Source of the DNA: a virus
Taxonomy: Duplodnaviria > Caudoviricetes
DNA: 64,000 nt
Reading direction: 5' to 3' (one strand)
IMG/VR virus record: IMGVR_UViG_2690315807_000002
Location: 7,479-71,478 of that record
A program made the translations under genes and the position numbers. This document shows, one piece after another, positions 41,527 through 51,123 of this stretch (positions are counted from its first letter, which is position 1; the number at the start of each line of letters is the position of its first letter). Below the pieces are notes generated by a model. The model made no database searches. It was not told the origin of the DNA and saw only the letters and a list, made by a program, of their open reading frames with translations.

Positions 41527-42609
41527 TTGGGAATCTATAAGAAGTCGAGTGGCTTAATCTTCGATGACAGGTTCGATAGCGGGAGTATTCATTCCCGCTA
41601 TACCCTTTCACCTAGTGATGCTGTTTCAATCGACAATGCTTTAGGTCAGGTCATCATGCCGCACACTGAAAGCGACACTTCTATTATGTTCGATGTTCCT
41701 GAAGAGCAGACCGTTTTAATGGAAGTGACCGCTGACTACGTGCCGACAGAACTGTTAGATGAAGGCGGTATTATCATCTGGCAGGACGGATACCATCGAT
41801 TGGAGTTTCTTGAGAGTAAAGACACAACCATTAGGGAGTATAGCCGTTGGCGGGCACTAAAGAAAGCAAATAAGTGGACGTTCTATGCTCATCGCGGTAG
41901 TGGGTGGGAGATATTCGATACTGCTCCTATGGTCGCTGAGAAGATGGGTGTCATCCTAAAGAATAGGGAACAAACTAACTTCGACACTCTGAACCTCGAT
42001 AGGATGGTTGTCTGCAAGAGCGACAAAATTACGATAGGCAACTTACCTACGGGGTACTCAGTTTACCTCTGTGACCCTGACGGCAATTCAGTGGCTTCAG
42101 CGGTGGTTGAGCCTAACTGGACAGGCTGTGAGATTGAACTGCCCTTGATGCCCTATAACGGGATTATCAGGGTTTATGATACGCAAGGTACGCTTCTATC
42201 AAGTCTCGGCGCATTCGATATCTACGGTGGCGACATTTACCTGTTTGGCACTGAACTAAAGGTTATCTGGAATGGTAAGGAACTTAACAAGGAGACCGAC
42301 ACGTATCTTGGCACGATGTATGAAAATCATATTCTCGTTCAGATGTTACTACAGAACCCTTCCAAGGAGAAACCTGCAAACACCATATCGCTTGGCATTC
42401 TAAAGTATATGGAGACGTTCGGGTACGAGTGGGCAGACATTTGCCATGATGACGGGGCAGACACGCCGACAGAGGAGTTCTCGAAGCTTCTAGATATGGG
42501 CAGTTTACCACCTCTTGGAGAACGAAAGTTCTGGATGAAAGTTGAGAGGATGGAAGACCGTTTCCAGATTAAACCCCTGCACTTTATTCTGGACATAAAC
42601 CATACGTAA
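41527..42609 (+). CDS. Tail-module protein with ConA/beta-sandwich-like domain
   Basis: Beta-rich ORF in the operon (GGIIIWQD, WTFYA). Confidence 0.6.
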   Translation: MGIYKKSSGLIFDDRFDSGSIHSRYTLSPSDAVSIDNALGQVIMPHTESDTSIMFDVPEEQTVLMEVTADYVPTELLDEGGIIIWQDGYHRLEFLESKDTTIREYSRWRALKKANKWTFYAHRGSGWEIFDTAPMVAEKMGVILKNREQTNFDTLNLDRMVVCKSDKITIGNLPTGYSVYLCDPDGNSVASAVVEPNWTGCEIELPLMPYNGIIRVYDTQGTLLSSLGAFDIYGGDIYLFGTELKVIWNGKELNKETDTYLGTMYENHILVQMLLQNPSKEKPANTISLGILKYMETFGYEWADICHDDGADTPTEEFSKLLDMGSLPPLGERKFWMKVERMEDRFQIKPLHFILDINHT

Positions 42610-42623
42610 GGAGGTGAGCGTAA

Positions 42624-43463
42624 ATGGCAGGAACGAAGATGACCCTTCGCCGCTACGGGGGCGGTGAGTTTCAGTATTGGGATGAACAGGAAGTCATCGT
42701 AGACGAACAGTACCTTGCGTTAGAGCGTGGGTTGTTCATCTACCTTGACCACGAATACCGGATGGGCACGAAGCAGTTAGACGTGTACTTTAACGGAGCA
42801 CACTTGCTGGAAAGCGGCGGCTACGAAGAGATTGACCCGACAACTATCCGGTTGGACTTAGGGACGTATGAAGGAGACACACCCTTTGCTGGACTTCCTG
42901 TACAACTTCAAGTGGGCGATGAAATCCTTATTCGTACATGGAAGCCTGAATACCGTCAGGGCAACGGGAACATTGATGAACTCAGGTTCTTGACTCTGGA
43001 AGAAGAGATACAAAAAGCAAGGCAATACAAGGACGCTGACGCACCTCATTCCAGCCTTGATGATCGTCTCGATTTTATTGAGCGACGGGCAGAAACTAAG
43101 ACAATGGTATTTGTCCTGAGTCGTGTGTTTGATGGGTTAGCAAAGCTGGTTATGCGTTTCCCTTATGAGGGAGATATCACTGAGGTTTACGCTTCCACGT
43201 CACGTGAAGGGGATGCTGACACTGCCTTCCAGATTGAGAAATGTTCTCAGGAGAGTTATGACAGCGCAATCCCTGTATGGGAGACAATCTTCCATAGCAA
43301 TCTTGTGGTGGATGGGAACGAGCGTTCTAGCAGAACGTCCAATAGACCCTACGCTGTATCCATGCCTCGAATCAACAAGGATGACCATTTCCGCATTAAT
43401 GTCGTCGAACGGGGCGAAGGTATCGAAGGCGTGACTATAGAACTGCTGGTTCGGCTGAGGTAG
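42624..43463 (+). CDS. Tail-module structural protein
   Basis: LDVYFNG...YEEIDPTTIRL Ig-like module; SLDDRLD coiled segment. Confidence 0.6.
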   Translation: MAGTKMTLRRYGGGEFQYWDEQEVIVDEQYLALERGLFIYLDHEYRMGTKQLDVYFNGAHLLESGGYEEIDPTTIRLDLGTYEGDTPFAGLPVQLQVGDEILIRTWKPEYRQGNGNIDELRFLTLEEEIQKARQYKDADAPHSSLDDRLDFIERRAETKTMVFVLSRVFDGLAKLVMRFPYEGDITEVYASTSREGDADTAFQIEKCSQESYDSAIPVWETIFHSNLVVDGNERSSRTSNRPYAVSMPRINKDDHFRINVVERGEGIEGVTIELLVRLR

Positions 43464-43560
43464 TTCCTCAATCTACCAACCTACAGTAAAATATTGGACT
43501 ACTTGCTTATAATGTACGTGTGGCAAATGATACTAGATTATGAAGAAGAGGTGAAGAACT

Positions 43561-44790
43561 ATGGCAGGAACTAGGGGTATTGCTAGATTTCGTGGTGAGC
43601 AGTTGAACAACAAGTTGATGCGAAATAACCACTTTGACGTTAACAACAAAATTAACGAACAATACTTGGACATTGACTACAACGCACATCGCGAGATTCT
43701 GGAAGACACTAAGATTGACGTATTCGTTCAGAAGAACGCTGTGGCTGTCGGTGCGGGCGTAAGTTTCGTCGATATCACTGCTGACATTTTGAATACAGTT
43801 GTGGCAGTTGATCCAATCACCGAAGGTACTGTGGTTGGCGTGGCAATCGAACTGCGTAAGAATGGAACGCAGGACTTCCCATTCATTGATTCAGACGGAG
43901 ATAGAGTTTACGGTAAGGTGCGTGAGGATGGAGGGCAGTTCTTCTTGGACTTCTTCAGTGAAGTTTCAGGAGCAGAAGCCGCTTATATCTTCACAGAAGC
44001 AGTGATGATTGACTATAAGTACATCACACGAACTAACCTGTCTGTAATCCCTGTTGACGCTATCGTTAGCGGTGGGGCAGGTCTCGTAGCAGATGCAGTC
44101 GATGCTGAAGCCTACATGAACCTTCGCCAGTTGATGAAAGACTTGTATGGAGGTGCTGGCACTCTGGACAACGATGGTAACGCCAACCTTGGCACGGCTA
44201 TCGTAACCCAAATTGCCAACGAAGTACAGGCTCGGACGGACGCTGACACACTTATTCGCAATGACCTAGCTTCTACAGCGGCGGCTAAAGGCGCAAACCT
44301 CATCGGTGTCGTAACGGATACTAACTATACTGGCGTAACAGTGCAAACTGTTCTGTCCAATCTGGCTTCCCGACTGAAAGCTACAGAGAACTTAACGGTG
44401 GGTATCTCAGACCGTGAAGCTGACTCGGATAACGGTTACTTCCAAGCAGGAGACTTCGACACGGCTGAAGGTCGTATTGTTGACCTTGAAACTGTAGCTG
44501 ACGCAGAGTTTAAGGCTCAGGCTGACCGCTTGGATAAACTGGAAGGTGAGGATGAAGAAGAAGTTTACGAAGCTGTGAGCGGGGAAACTGAGTACCTTTT
44601 TCTGAACGGTCAGGCTAAACCGAAGACTGTACTTCTGTTCATCAACGGTCAAGTTCAAACTCCAAGTATCAACTTCGAGTACCTGACTGAAGCCAACGGT
44701 GATATCAAGGGTGTTAACTTTGCCCCTGAGACACTGAAGGTCACTGACGGAATCCCTGACGTTCTGTACATCAAGTACAAACGCCTGTAA
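43561..44790 (+). CDS. Tail fibre-like protein (coiled coil plus Ig-like C-terminus)
   Basis: NEVQARTDAD and KGANLIG fibre-type motifs; own promoter motif and terminator. Confidence 0.65.
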   Translation: MAGTRGIARFRGEQLNNKLMRNNHFDVNNKINEQYLDIDYNAHREILEDTKIDVFVQKNAVAVGAGVSFVDITADILNTVVAVDPITEGTVVGVAIELRKNGTQDFPFIDSDGDRVYGKVREDGGQFFLDFFSEVSGAEAAYIFTEAVMIDYKYITRTNLSVIPVDAIVSGGAGLVADAVDAEAYMNLRQLMKDLYGGAGTLDNDGNANLGTAIVTQIANEVQARTDADTLIRNDLASTAAAKGANLIGVVTDTNYTGVTVQTVLSNLASRLKATENLTVGISDREADSDNGYFQAGDFDTAEGRIVDLETVADAEFKAQADRLDKLEGEDEEEVYEAVSGETEYLFLNGQAKPKTVLLFINGQVQTPSINFEYLTEANGDIKGVNFAPETLKVTDGIPDVLYIKYKRL

Positions 44791-44822
44791 TAACTAGACC
44801 CCAATCAGGGGTCTAGTTATTT
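44791..44822 (+). terminator. Rho-independent terminator
   Basis: TAACTAGACCCC-aatca-GGGGTCTAGTTA. Confidence 0.7.
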
Positions 44823-44965
44823 GCATCTTAATAGATTAATGAAGCGACCACTACATTAGAGATACTTTACACAGAAGTTGTTAAGGTTTCACCTGCCCAA
44901 CCTATATTGTCTATAGCTTGACAGGAACGAGTCAAGAACTAAAGCAGTATAAGGGAGGAAATACA

Positions 44966-45433
44966 ATGCCAGCACCAATTGTATCTTGGTACTCTGAAGA
45001 TAACACGTCCCAAGTAACACAGTGGGACATCGGAACGGTTGACGCAGGTTCTACTTCGCCATCAAAGACTGTACTTATTTGGAATAACCGTGGACAAGCC
45101 ACTCCGGTTTCGGACATGACGGCTTGCACAATCACTACTAAGGATAGCGCAGGTGGCAACACAGGCGAGTTGGTAACGAACACTTGGATTCAAGTTCGTG
45201 TCGATTCTCTTGCTGAGTCCTCATTCACATCCATCGGTGGTACTGTAACGAAAGATATTCGGGCTACTGACCCAACTGTAGGGGCGGGCGTAATCTCGGG
45301 TTCAGTTAATGGCGGCGACCATAACACGGATACGAAGAACTTCTCTCAAGTGACACTTCGTGCATATGTACCACCAACGGCCACAGCAGGTCTCGTCAAC
45401 TTCCTTACACGTGTATCTTACCAGTACGTGTAA
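44966..45433 (+). CDS. Small beta-sandwich structural protein
   Basis: GGGAGG RBS; WDIGTVDAG...VLIWNN resembles the C-terminal domain of the downstream fibres. Confidence 0.65.
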   Translation: MPAPIVSWYSEDNTSQVTQWDIGTVDAGSTSPSKTVLIWNNRGQATPVSDMTACTITTKDSAGGNTGELVTNTWIQVRVDSLAESSFTSIGGTVTKDIRATDPTVGAGVISGSVNGGDHNTDTKNFSQVTLRAYVPPTATAGLVNFLTRVSYQYV

Positions 45434-45469
45434 GATTTTATTCTCAATGCAATGAGGGGGGAAACGGAA

Positions 45470-46075
45470 ATGTCATTTCAACAATACCACCGCTCCCCTG
45501 TAGGTCAAGACTTTATTTGGATGGGCGAGTACATAGACGGTACTCACCTTTCGGAATTTAGCTTCGACACGCAGGTCGAGAATAGCTTCTACGATTTGAA
45601 CAGAGACCGAATTTCAAGGTTCGGGTTGGTCGGTCATGGTATGAAGCTGTTCTTCGAGAAGGACGGTATATTTAATTTGAACGGCACACCTGTAGAAGTC
45701 ATCTATCGGGTGGGCGACAAAGACTATCCACTCACTGGTCGATTAGGTCAGTACAAGGATGTAATCACCTATAAGGATGCAGAAGCTACCCTTGTGCTAG
45801 GTGGTAATGGAGTACACGGCGGGGCACTGAACCCGACAGTCCAGCAATACAACTTCGGATACAAGTCCACGCTTGAAGCAGACGGAATCACCTTTAACTT
45901 CAAGGCAATCTGCTCCGTACCTTACGGAAAACAGATGTTCATGAACTTCCGGTTGGTGGCTGACAAGCAATCGGACGGACAGTTTGTCATTATGCGTAAT
46001 GGTCATACCGAAGTCAAATTAGAAGCACCTCTTAAAAAGGGCGTAGGTGGAGAAGTCAACTGGATTGTAGGTTAA
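45470..46075 (+). CDS. Hypothetical tail-module protein
   Basis: Clean ORF in the operon. Confidence 0.6.
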   Translation: MSFQQYHRSPVGQDFIWMGEYIDGTHLSEFSFDTQVENSFYDLNRDRISRFGLVGHGMKLFFEKDGIFNLNGTPVEVIYRVGDKDYPLTGRLGQYKDVITYKDAEATLVLGGNGVHGGALNPTVQQYNFGYKSTLEADGITFNFKAICSVPYGKQMFMNFRLVADKQSDGQFVIMRNGHTEVKLEAPLKKGVGGEVNWIVG

Positions 46076-46124
46076 TCAGGTGGCGGCTAACACCCGCCCT
46101 TTTTATTATAAATGAGGTGAGATC

Positions 46125-49100
46125 ATGGGTTTGAGAATCGGATACATTGAATTAGTTTCACCCAAGGCAACAGATGTGACAATCAACATACCAGCGGGAA
46201 CGCAGGGCGTGTATGCAACCGATGTTCTTGTAGGGATTGACCACGTGTACGTCCTTGCAGGTAACATGAACACAGTGGCGCAGTTTAATAAGAACGCTGA
46301 CGGTTCAATTGGTACTTATATCAGGACGGTAAACTGGTACACGATGGACACTACCATCGCACAGATTTGTGCTAATACGTCCTCTGTTCCTTACGCCTAT
46401 GCCTTATACATAGAGGGCGGAGTTGAGTATCTAGTTGGGTGGGGAACAGCAAACGCAATCTATAAGTGGGTCATTAACCCCTCTACGGCGGCAATATCGG
46501 GTAGAGTGTCTTACAATACTACTCTTGCAATGACTTCTTACGGTCGTGCAGGTTGGGACGGTGGAGAGTTCATCTACTTCGCTCGTATGCCCCGTAACAC
46601 TTCGCCTAGAACGGCAGACATTTATCGCTGGAATGTAAAGACCCCTGCTGTAGCACCTGTTAAGTTGGTTACCATACCTAACACATATAGCATGGATTCC
46701 AGCTACACAGGTAGTGGTTTGCTAGTGAAGGCGAACGTAGTCTATTGGGGTTCGGGGGCGAATCAGTCCAATGGGTTTTTGGTAGGTTTCGACCTGACCA
46801 CAGGACTTCCGGTAACCCCTTCAGGCACGTCCAATCCGATAATAGCCGCTAACTTACAGTCTATCGGGGTTACTCCGATAGCTACTGAACGGGGAAATAT
46901 CTCCCTAAGTGCCTTGCATCCAAGCACTGCCTACTACTTCACAACTGCGGTGGCGACTATCAAACATATTGCAGTATCTTCTGAAATGCGTTTTAGGGAT
47001 AAGGTAGCACCTATAGATACGATTTCAAAACGAGATGTGTCTTTCGGTGGGGTGATTGAGCATGAGACAGGAAGCCAAGTCAGCTATAGAGTTAGGTTAG
47101 GCGCTACCGTCCTTAAGGATTGGTCAGGGCTAACGGATACCTTTGTATATATTAGTGAGGTGTTCCCTAACGATATTTTCCCTATCGGTACAAGTAACTT
47201 AGTAGTTGAAGCCGTTGACTCGCAAGGGAATACATTCTCGGAATACTCTCTAATCACCAAGACGAACGTAGCCCCTAAGATAACAAATAACTCCACCCTT
47301 CGTATTCATAGGGACGACTTCATTCTGAAGGCTTCTCTGACAGACACGGACATGGGGATGATATCCTATAGAGTGCTTGTCGGCGGGGTACAGAGATACC
47401 CTGAGACGGGTGATTGGACTGAATATGCTCAAGCACCTTTTGACATAGAAGTACCTATTCCTAATGACCTTTTTGTTGTGGGTAACACCACGGTCAGGTT
47501 GGAGATTAAGGATGACTGGTTTACCCCTTCCTCTATAGGGTTGAACATGACAGTAACCAAAGCATCTTATACACCATCACTAGCGGCTTACTCTTTCGAC
47601 AGGACTACCTTGCATAAAGAGGACTTAACATATACTGCCACATTGGGAGACCAAGACACTGATGACAAGATAGCGTACCGGATACTTATTAACAGCATAG
47701 TAGTTATTCCTTGGTCGGTTTACCAATCTGCACCAGTGTACTTGTCGCACACGTTCAAACACTCGGCTTTCAGGATTGGTTCGAACACTTTTACTATTGA
47801 GTTCAAAGATGACTTCCACACACCTGCGGTGAATAGCGCAACGGCGACAATAACTAAGACGAACTCAAGCGCAAGTATCGTACTACCTGCGGTGGTTACT
47901 CTCCACGGAGAGGACTTGACGTTCAGGTCAACTATTAACGATGCACAAGGCGACCCTGTTCAGTATCGTCTGTATTTGAACAACGTGCAGGTTTACCCTG
48001 ACAGCGGAGACTGGTCAGAGTTCTTCAAGCCACCTATCGCAGTAGCTAGGATGTTTAGGAACAGTGAGTTAAACATCGGCGCTAACCTTATTAAGATTGA
48101 AGCAAGAGATGATTTACAGACCTCCCCATCTTCTTCGACCTATACAGCAACTAAGAATAGTATAGCCCCTGCGGTTACTGTTCCAGATATTAAAGGTTGG
48201 GTGGTAAGGGCTACGGTCAGTGATGGAAATGGAGATAAGGTTGGATACCGGATTTCCTACGGCGGGGAGCAACTTTATCCTGCAAGTGGGTACACTGAAT
48301 TAGCCCCAACACCATTCGAGATTGAGTACGCCATCTCTGCTAACAAGGCAGTCGTTGGAGTATCTAAGGTACTGCTGATTGAGTTGATTGACGAGTACGG
48401 GGTTGTCGGCTCTCGAAGCACCTCTGTCGTATTACAGAACGGCGGCTTGGTTCTTTCGCCAGTTCCGTGGGGTTATGTGCAATCTTCCGTCAACGGGTAT
48501 CTCATTAGGTACAGCAACAATGCCCTCAACAACCTCAGCCGTACCGGAAAGATGACATTGGAGGGGTGGTTCTGTAAGACAGGGCAGGGGGCGAACAATC
48601 CACGGGCGATTCCCATATCCAAAGGGGCTACTTACATCGACATAGGGATATCAGGTTTTGTGATGCTGTCGATAGTGATAGGTGGCACACAGAGGACGTT
48701 CACCACAAATTACTCTGTCAAGATGAACGTATGGGAGCATTACGCATTCACCTATGACGGTAATGAGATTAGATTCTACGCTAACGGTGAGCACATCCCG
48801 CAGACGTGGACTATGTATTATGGGGCACTTACTAACACTTCCGGTATCGACATTGGAAGGTTCTACAGTGGTGGTTACAACTTCGTGGGCGGCATCACAG
48901 AAGTTAGGATGTGGGACGTAGCAAGGACGGAAGAGCAGATTAAGGGAAGCCTGTACGACACCTTGTCGGGCACAGAGGAAGGGTTAGTTTTCTACCCTGA
49001 CCTTGGGACTCCCAATCGTCCGACAGCCACTACGGTAGCAGACCGGACAGGACAAGCCGCAGGAACAATATCAGGTTCTATGCCCTACAGCGATGCCCTG

Positions 49101-49451
49101 ACTCCTACATTCACGGCAGGAGACGGGGGAGTGGTCTCTAACGTGGACTTGGGCAGGGTGGTGGCTACTCAGTCAAGTGAACCTGTTAGAGTTTGCCTGA
49201 AAAACTTTAGCGGCTACTGTATCGAGAACATCCGTGTCACTCCTGAGCAGTGGCAGTTAGACCCCGTAAGTGAGGTTGTACAGCTCAGCTACAGCAATGA
49301 GCCTTTTATTCCTGAGCCTGAGTTAGTTATTAGCGAGTACGTTGACCACTTACAGTACGCTAAGTTTTGGGTCAGGGTTAACGCAGGGGCAGATGCACTC
49401 GGCGGCGGGCTGTGTAAGCTTCACGTGAAAGCAGACATTACGTTTACTTAA
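46125..49451 (+). CDS. Receptor-binding/fibre protein with tandem Ig-like repeats and a LamG domain
   Basis: Repeats DxDxDxVxYRxxxNxxQxYP; WEHYAFTYDG...ITEVRMWDVARTEEQI (LamG). Confidence 0.75.
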   Translation: MGLRIGYIELVSPKATDVTINIPAGTQGVYATDVLVGIDHVYVLAGNMNTVAQFNKNADGSIGTYIRTVNWYTMDTTIAQICANTSSVPYAYALYIEGGVEYLVGWGTANAIYKWVINPSTAAISGRVSYNTTLAMTSYGRAGWDGGEFIYFARMPRNTSPRTADIYRWNVKTPAVAPVKLVTIPNTYSMDSSYTGSGLLVKANVVYWGSGANQSNGFLVGFDLTTGLPVTPSGTSNPIIAANLQSIGVTPIATERGNISLSALHPSTAYYFTTAVATIKHIAVSSEMRFRDKVAPIDTISKRDVSFGGVIEHETGSQVSYRVRLGATVLKDWSGLTDTFVYISEVFPNDIFPIGTSNLVVEAVDSQGNTFSEYSLITKTNVAPKITNNSTLRIHRDDFILKASLTDTDMGMISYRVLVGGVQRYPETGDWTEYAQAPFDIEVPIPNDLFVVGNTTVRLEIKDDWFTPSSIGLNMTVTKASYTPSLAAYSFDRTTLHKEDLTYTATLGDQDTDDKIAYRILINSIVVIPWSVYQSAPVYLSHTFKHSAFRIGSNTFTIEFKDDFHTPAVNSATATITKTNSSASIVLPAVVTLHGEDLTFRSTINDAQGDPVQYRLYLNNVQVYPDSGDWSEFFKPPIAVARMFRNSELNIGANLIKIEARDDLQTSPSSSTYTATKNSIAPAVTVPDIKGWVVRATVSDGNGDKVGYRISYGGEQLYPASGYTELAPTPFEIEYAISANKAVVGVSKVLLIELIDEYGVVGSRSTSVVLQNGGLVLSPVPWGYVQSSVNGYLIRYSNNALNNLSRTGKMTLEGWFCKTGQGANNPRAIPISKGATYIDIGISGFVMLSIVIGGTQRTFTTNYSVKMNVWEHYAFTYDGNEIRFYANGEHIPQTWTMYYGALTNTSGIDIGRFYSGGYNFVGGITEVRMWDVARTEEQIKGSLYDTLSGTEEGLVFYPDLGTPNRPTATTVADRTGQAAGTISGSMPYSDALTPTFTAGDGGVVSNVDLGRVVATQSSEPVRVCLKNFSGYCIENIRVTPEQWQLDPVSEVVQLSYSNEPFIPEPELVISEYVDHLQYAKFWVRVNAGADALGGGLCKLHVKADITFT

Positions 49452-49467
49452 GAAGGAGGTGAGATGA

Positions 49468-51021
49468 ATGTCAACTAAGAGTATCATGAACACAGCAGGG
49501 AACAGCACTTCCTTTACGTTCCCCCGTATCCCTTCAGCCCGTTCCATTAGATTTTACGGCACGAATAACGTTTACGGGCACGGCGGCACAACCTACGTGG
49601 ACGTTTTCGATGATGATACGAAGACGTGGGTTAATATTAAAGCACTGACTGGTAACCCGTATCTGATTAGTACGTTCGGTCTGATGACTTTTACCAAGAG
49701 GCCTATATCCGGTGTACGGTGGAGAACTACCGACCACTGGCACGGTACACATAGTGCAATAGGGGTTACGGTAGATTATCAAGCGTCAGTTGTCGATAGT
49801 GTGCTTATGCCCGTATCCATTCACAAGCAGGACATGAACTTCTCGGCTCGAATGAGCCATGAGGACGGTCTTCAGGCTCAGTGGAGGATTACCGTAAACG
49901 GAGTGCAGAAGTACCCTGCCAGCGGCTACACAACGCTTATGAACGTACCTTTTAGTTTCGGTAAAAATCTTCCGCACACGGACTTTGTGATCGGGGCAAA
50001 TACGGTGGGAATCGAGACACGTGATTCGGGCGGGAACGTAGAGACATTTACCTACACTGTGACCAAGGTCAATGCGACCCCTACGGTCTCTGCCCAATTG
50101 TCATCTAAGTTAATCCACGGGCAGGACGTAAAGCTTAATGCTGCTTTCAATGATGCCAACGCAGAGGACACAGTACAGTATAGAGTGCTCCTGAACAATG
50201 TGCAAAGATTCCCAAGTTCTGGATTTTCTACTCTCGCAGCCGTACCTGTACCTCTGGCTATCGTATTTAATAACTCCGACCTTATTGTAGGAACTAACAC
50301 GATTAGGGTAGAGTTCAAGGATGATTGGGGAGCGTTAGGTACGTGGTCAGATACAGTCACAAAGCTAAATGCTGTTCCAACACTGTCAGGTAGCATGTCA
50401 GGGCTTACCCTTAATGCTGTCATTAATGACACAGACGGAGATGATGTTCGTTACCGCATACTGATTAACGGGAAGCAAGTGTTCCCTGAAAGTAACTATA
50501 CTACCTTACTCCATGTTCCTTTAGAGATAAAGTACACGTTGTCGAGTCAGCAAGTTATAATCGGGAGTAATAACTTGATTCGGGTCGAGTACATGGATTC
50601 CCTTGGTGGGGTCGGGGCTTGGGAGAAACCCTTTGTCGCTGACTTCGCAGGACTCATGTTCTGTGACGAAGCTGAGACTTATTACTCTACCGACTTGGGA
50701 GAAATCCTGAAGTACCTTGACTTCGGTACAATCGTGGCGGGGCAGACAACCAGTGCTGAACGTGTTTTCCTAAAGAACACGCTAGGCTATCCGGTAGAGG
50801 AAATCCAGCTTTGGAACACGCAAGGAGAACTCGATGGCGTAAATGCCAAGGCTGAGATAAGCTACTCGACAGCACCGTTTGAAGCTATAGACATGCTAGA
50901 GTTCGCTGACCAGCTAAACCACGGAGAGAAGATTCCGTTCTATGTTCGGGTTGTCACGAACAGGTTTGCGTTGCACGGTGGGATGTTTGACGTTTACGTT
51001 AAGGCAGACCCCGTATTGTAA
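49468..51021 (+). CDS. Receptor-binding/fibre protein with Ig-like repeats, paralog of 46125-49451
   Basis: Same repeats and same C-terminal DxGxxVAxQ...RVxLKN domain. Confidence 0.72.
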   Translation: MSTKSIMNTAGNSTSFTFPRIPSARSIRFYGTNNVYGHGGTTYVDVFDDDTKTWVNIKALTGNPYLISTFGLMTFTKRPISGVRWRTTDHWHGTHSAIGVTVDYQASVVDSVLMPVSIHKQDMNFSARMSHEDGLQAQWRITVNGVQKYPASGYTTLMNVPFSFGKNLPHTDFVIGANTVGIETRDSGGNVETFTYTVTKVNATPTVSAQLSSKLIHGQDVKLNAAFNDANAEDTVQYRVLLNNVQRFPSSGFSTLAAVPVPLAIVFNNSDLIVGTNTIRVEFKDDWGALGTWSDTVTKLNAVPTLSGSMSGLTLNAVINDTDGDDVRYRILINGKQVFPESNYTTLLHVPLEIKYTLSSQQVIIGSNNLIRVEYMDSLGGVGAWEKPFVADFAGLMFCDEAETYYSTDLGEILKYLDFGTIVAGQTTSAERVFLKNTLGYPVEEIQLWNTQGELDGVNAKAEISYSTAPFEAIDMLEFADQLNHGEKIPFYVRVVTNRFALHGGMFDVYVKADPVL

Positions 51022-51123
51022 CGCACCACCTAATAATTATGAAGCCCTCCCACCTATAATGTAGGGGAGGGTTTCTTAATAAGTTCGACAATTCCAATAC
51101 AATGGGAACGGAAGTGATTTTCA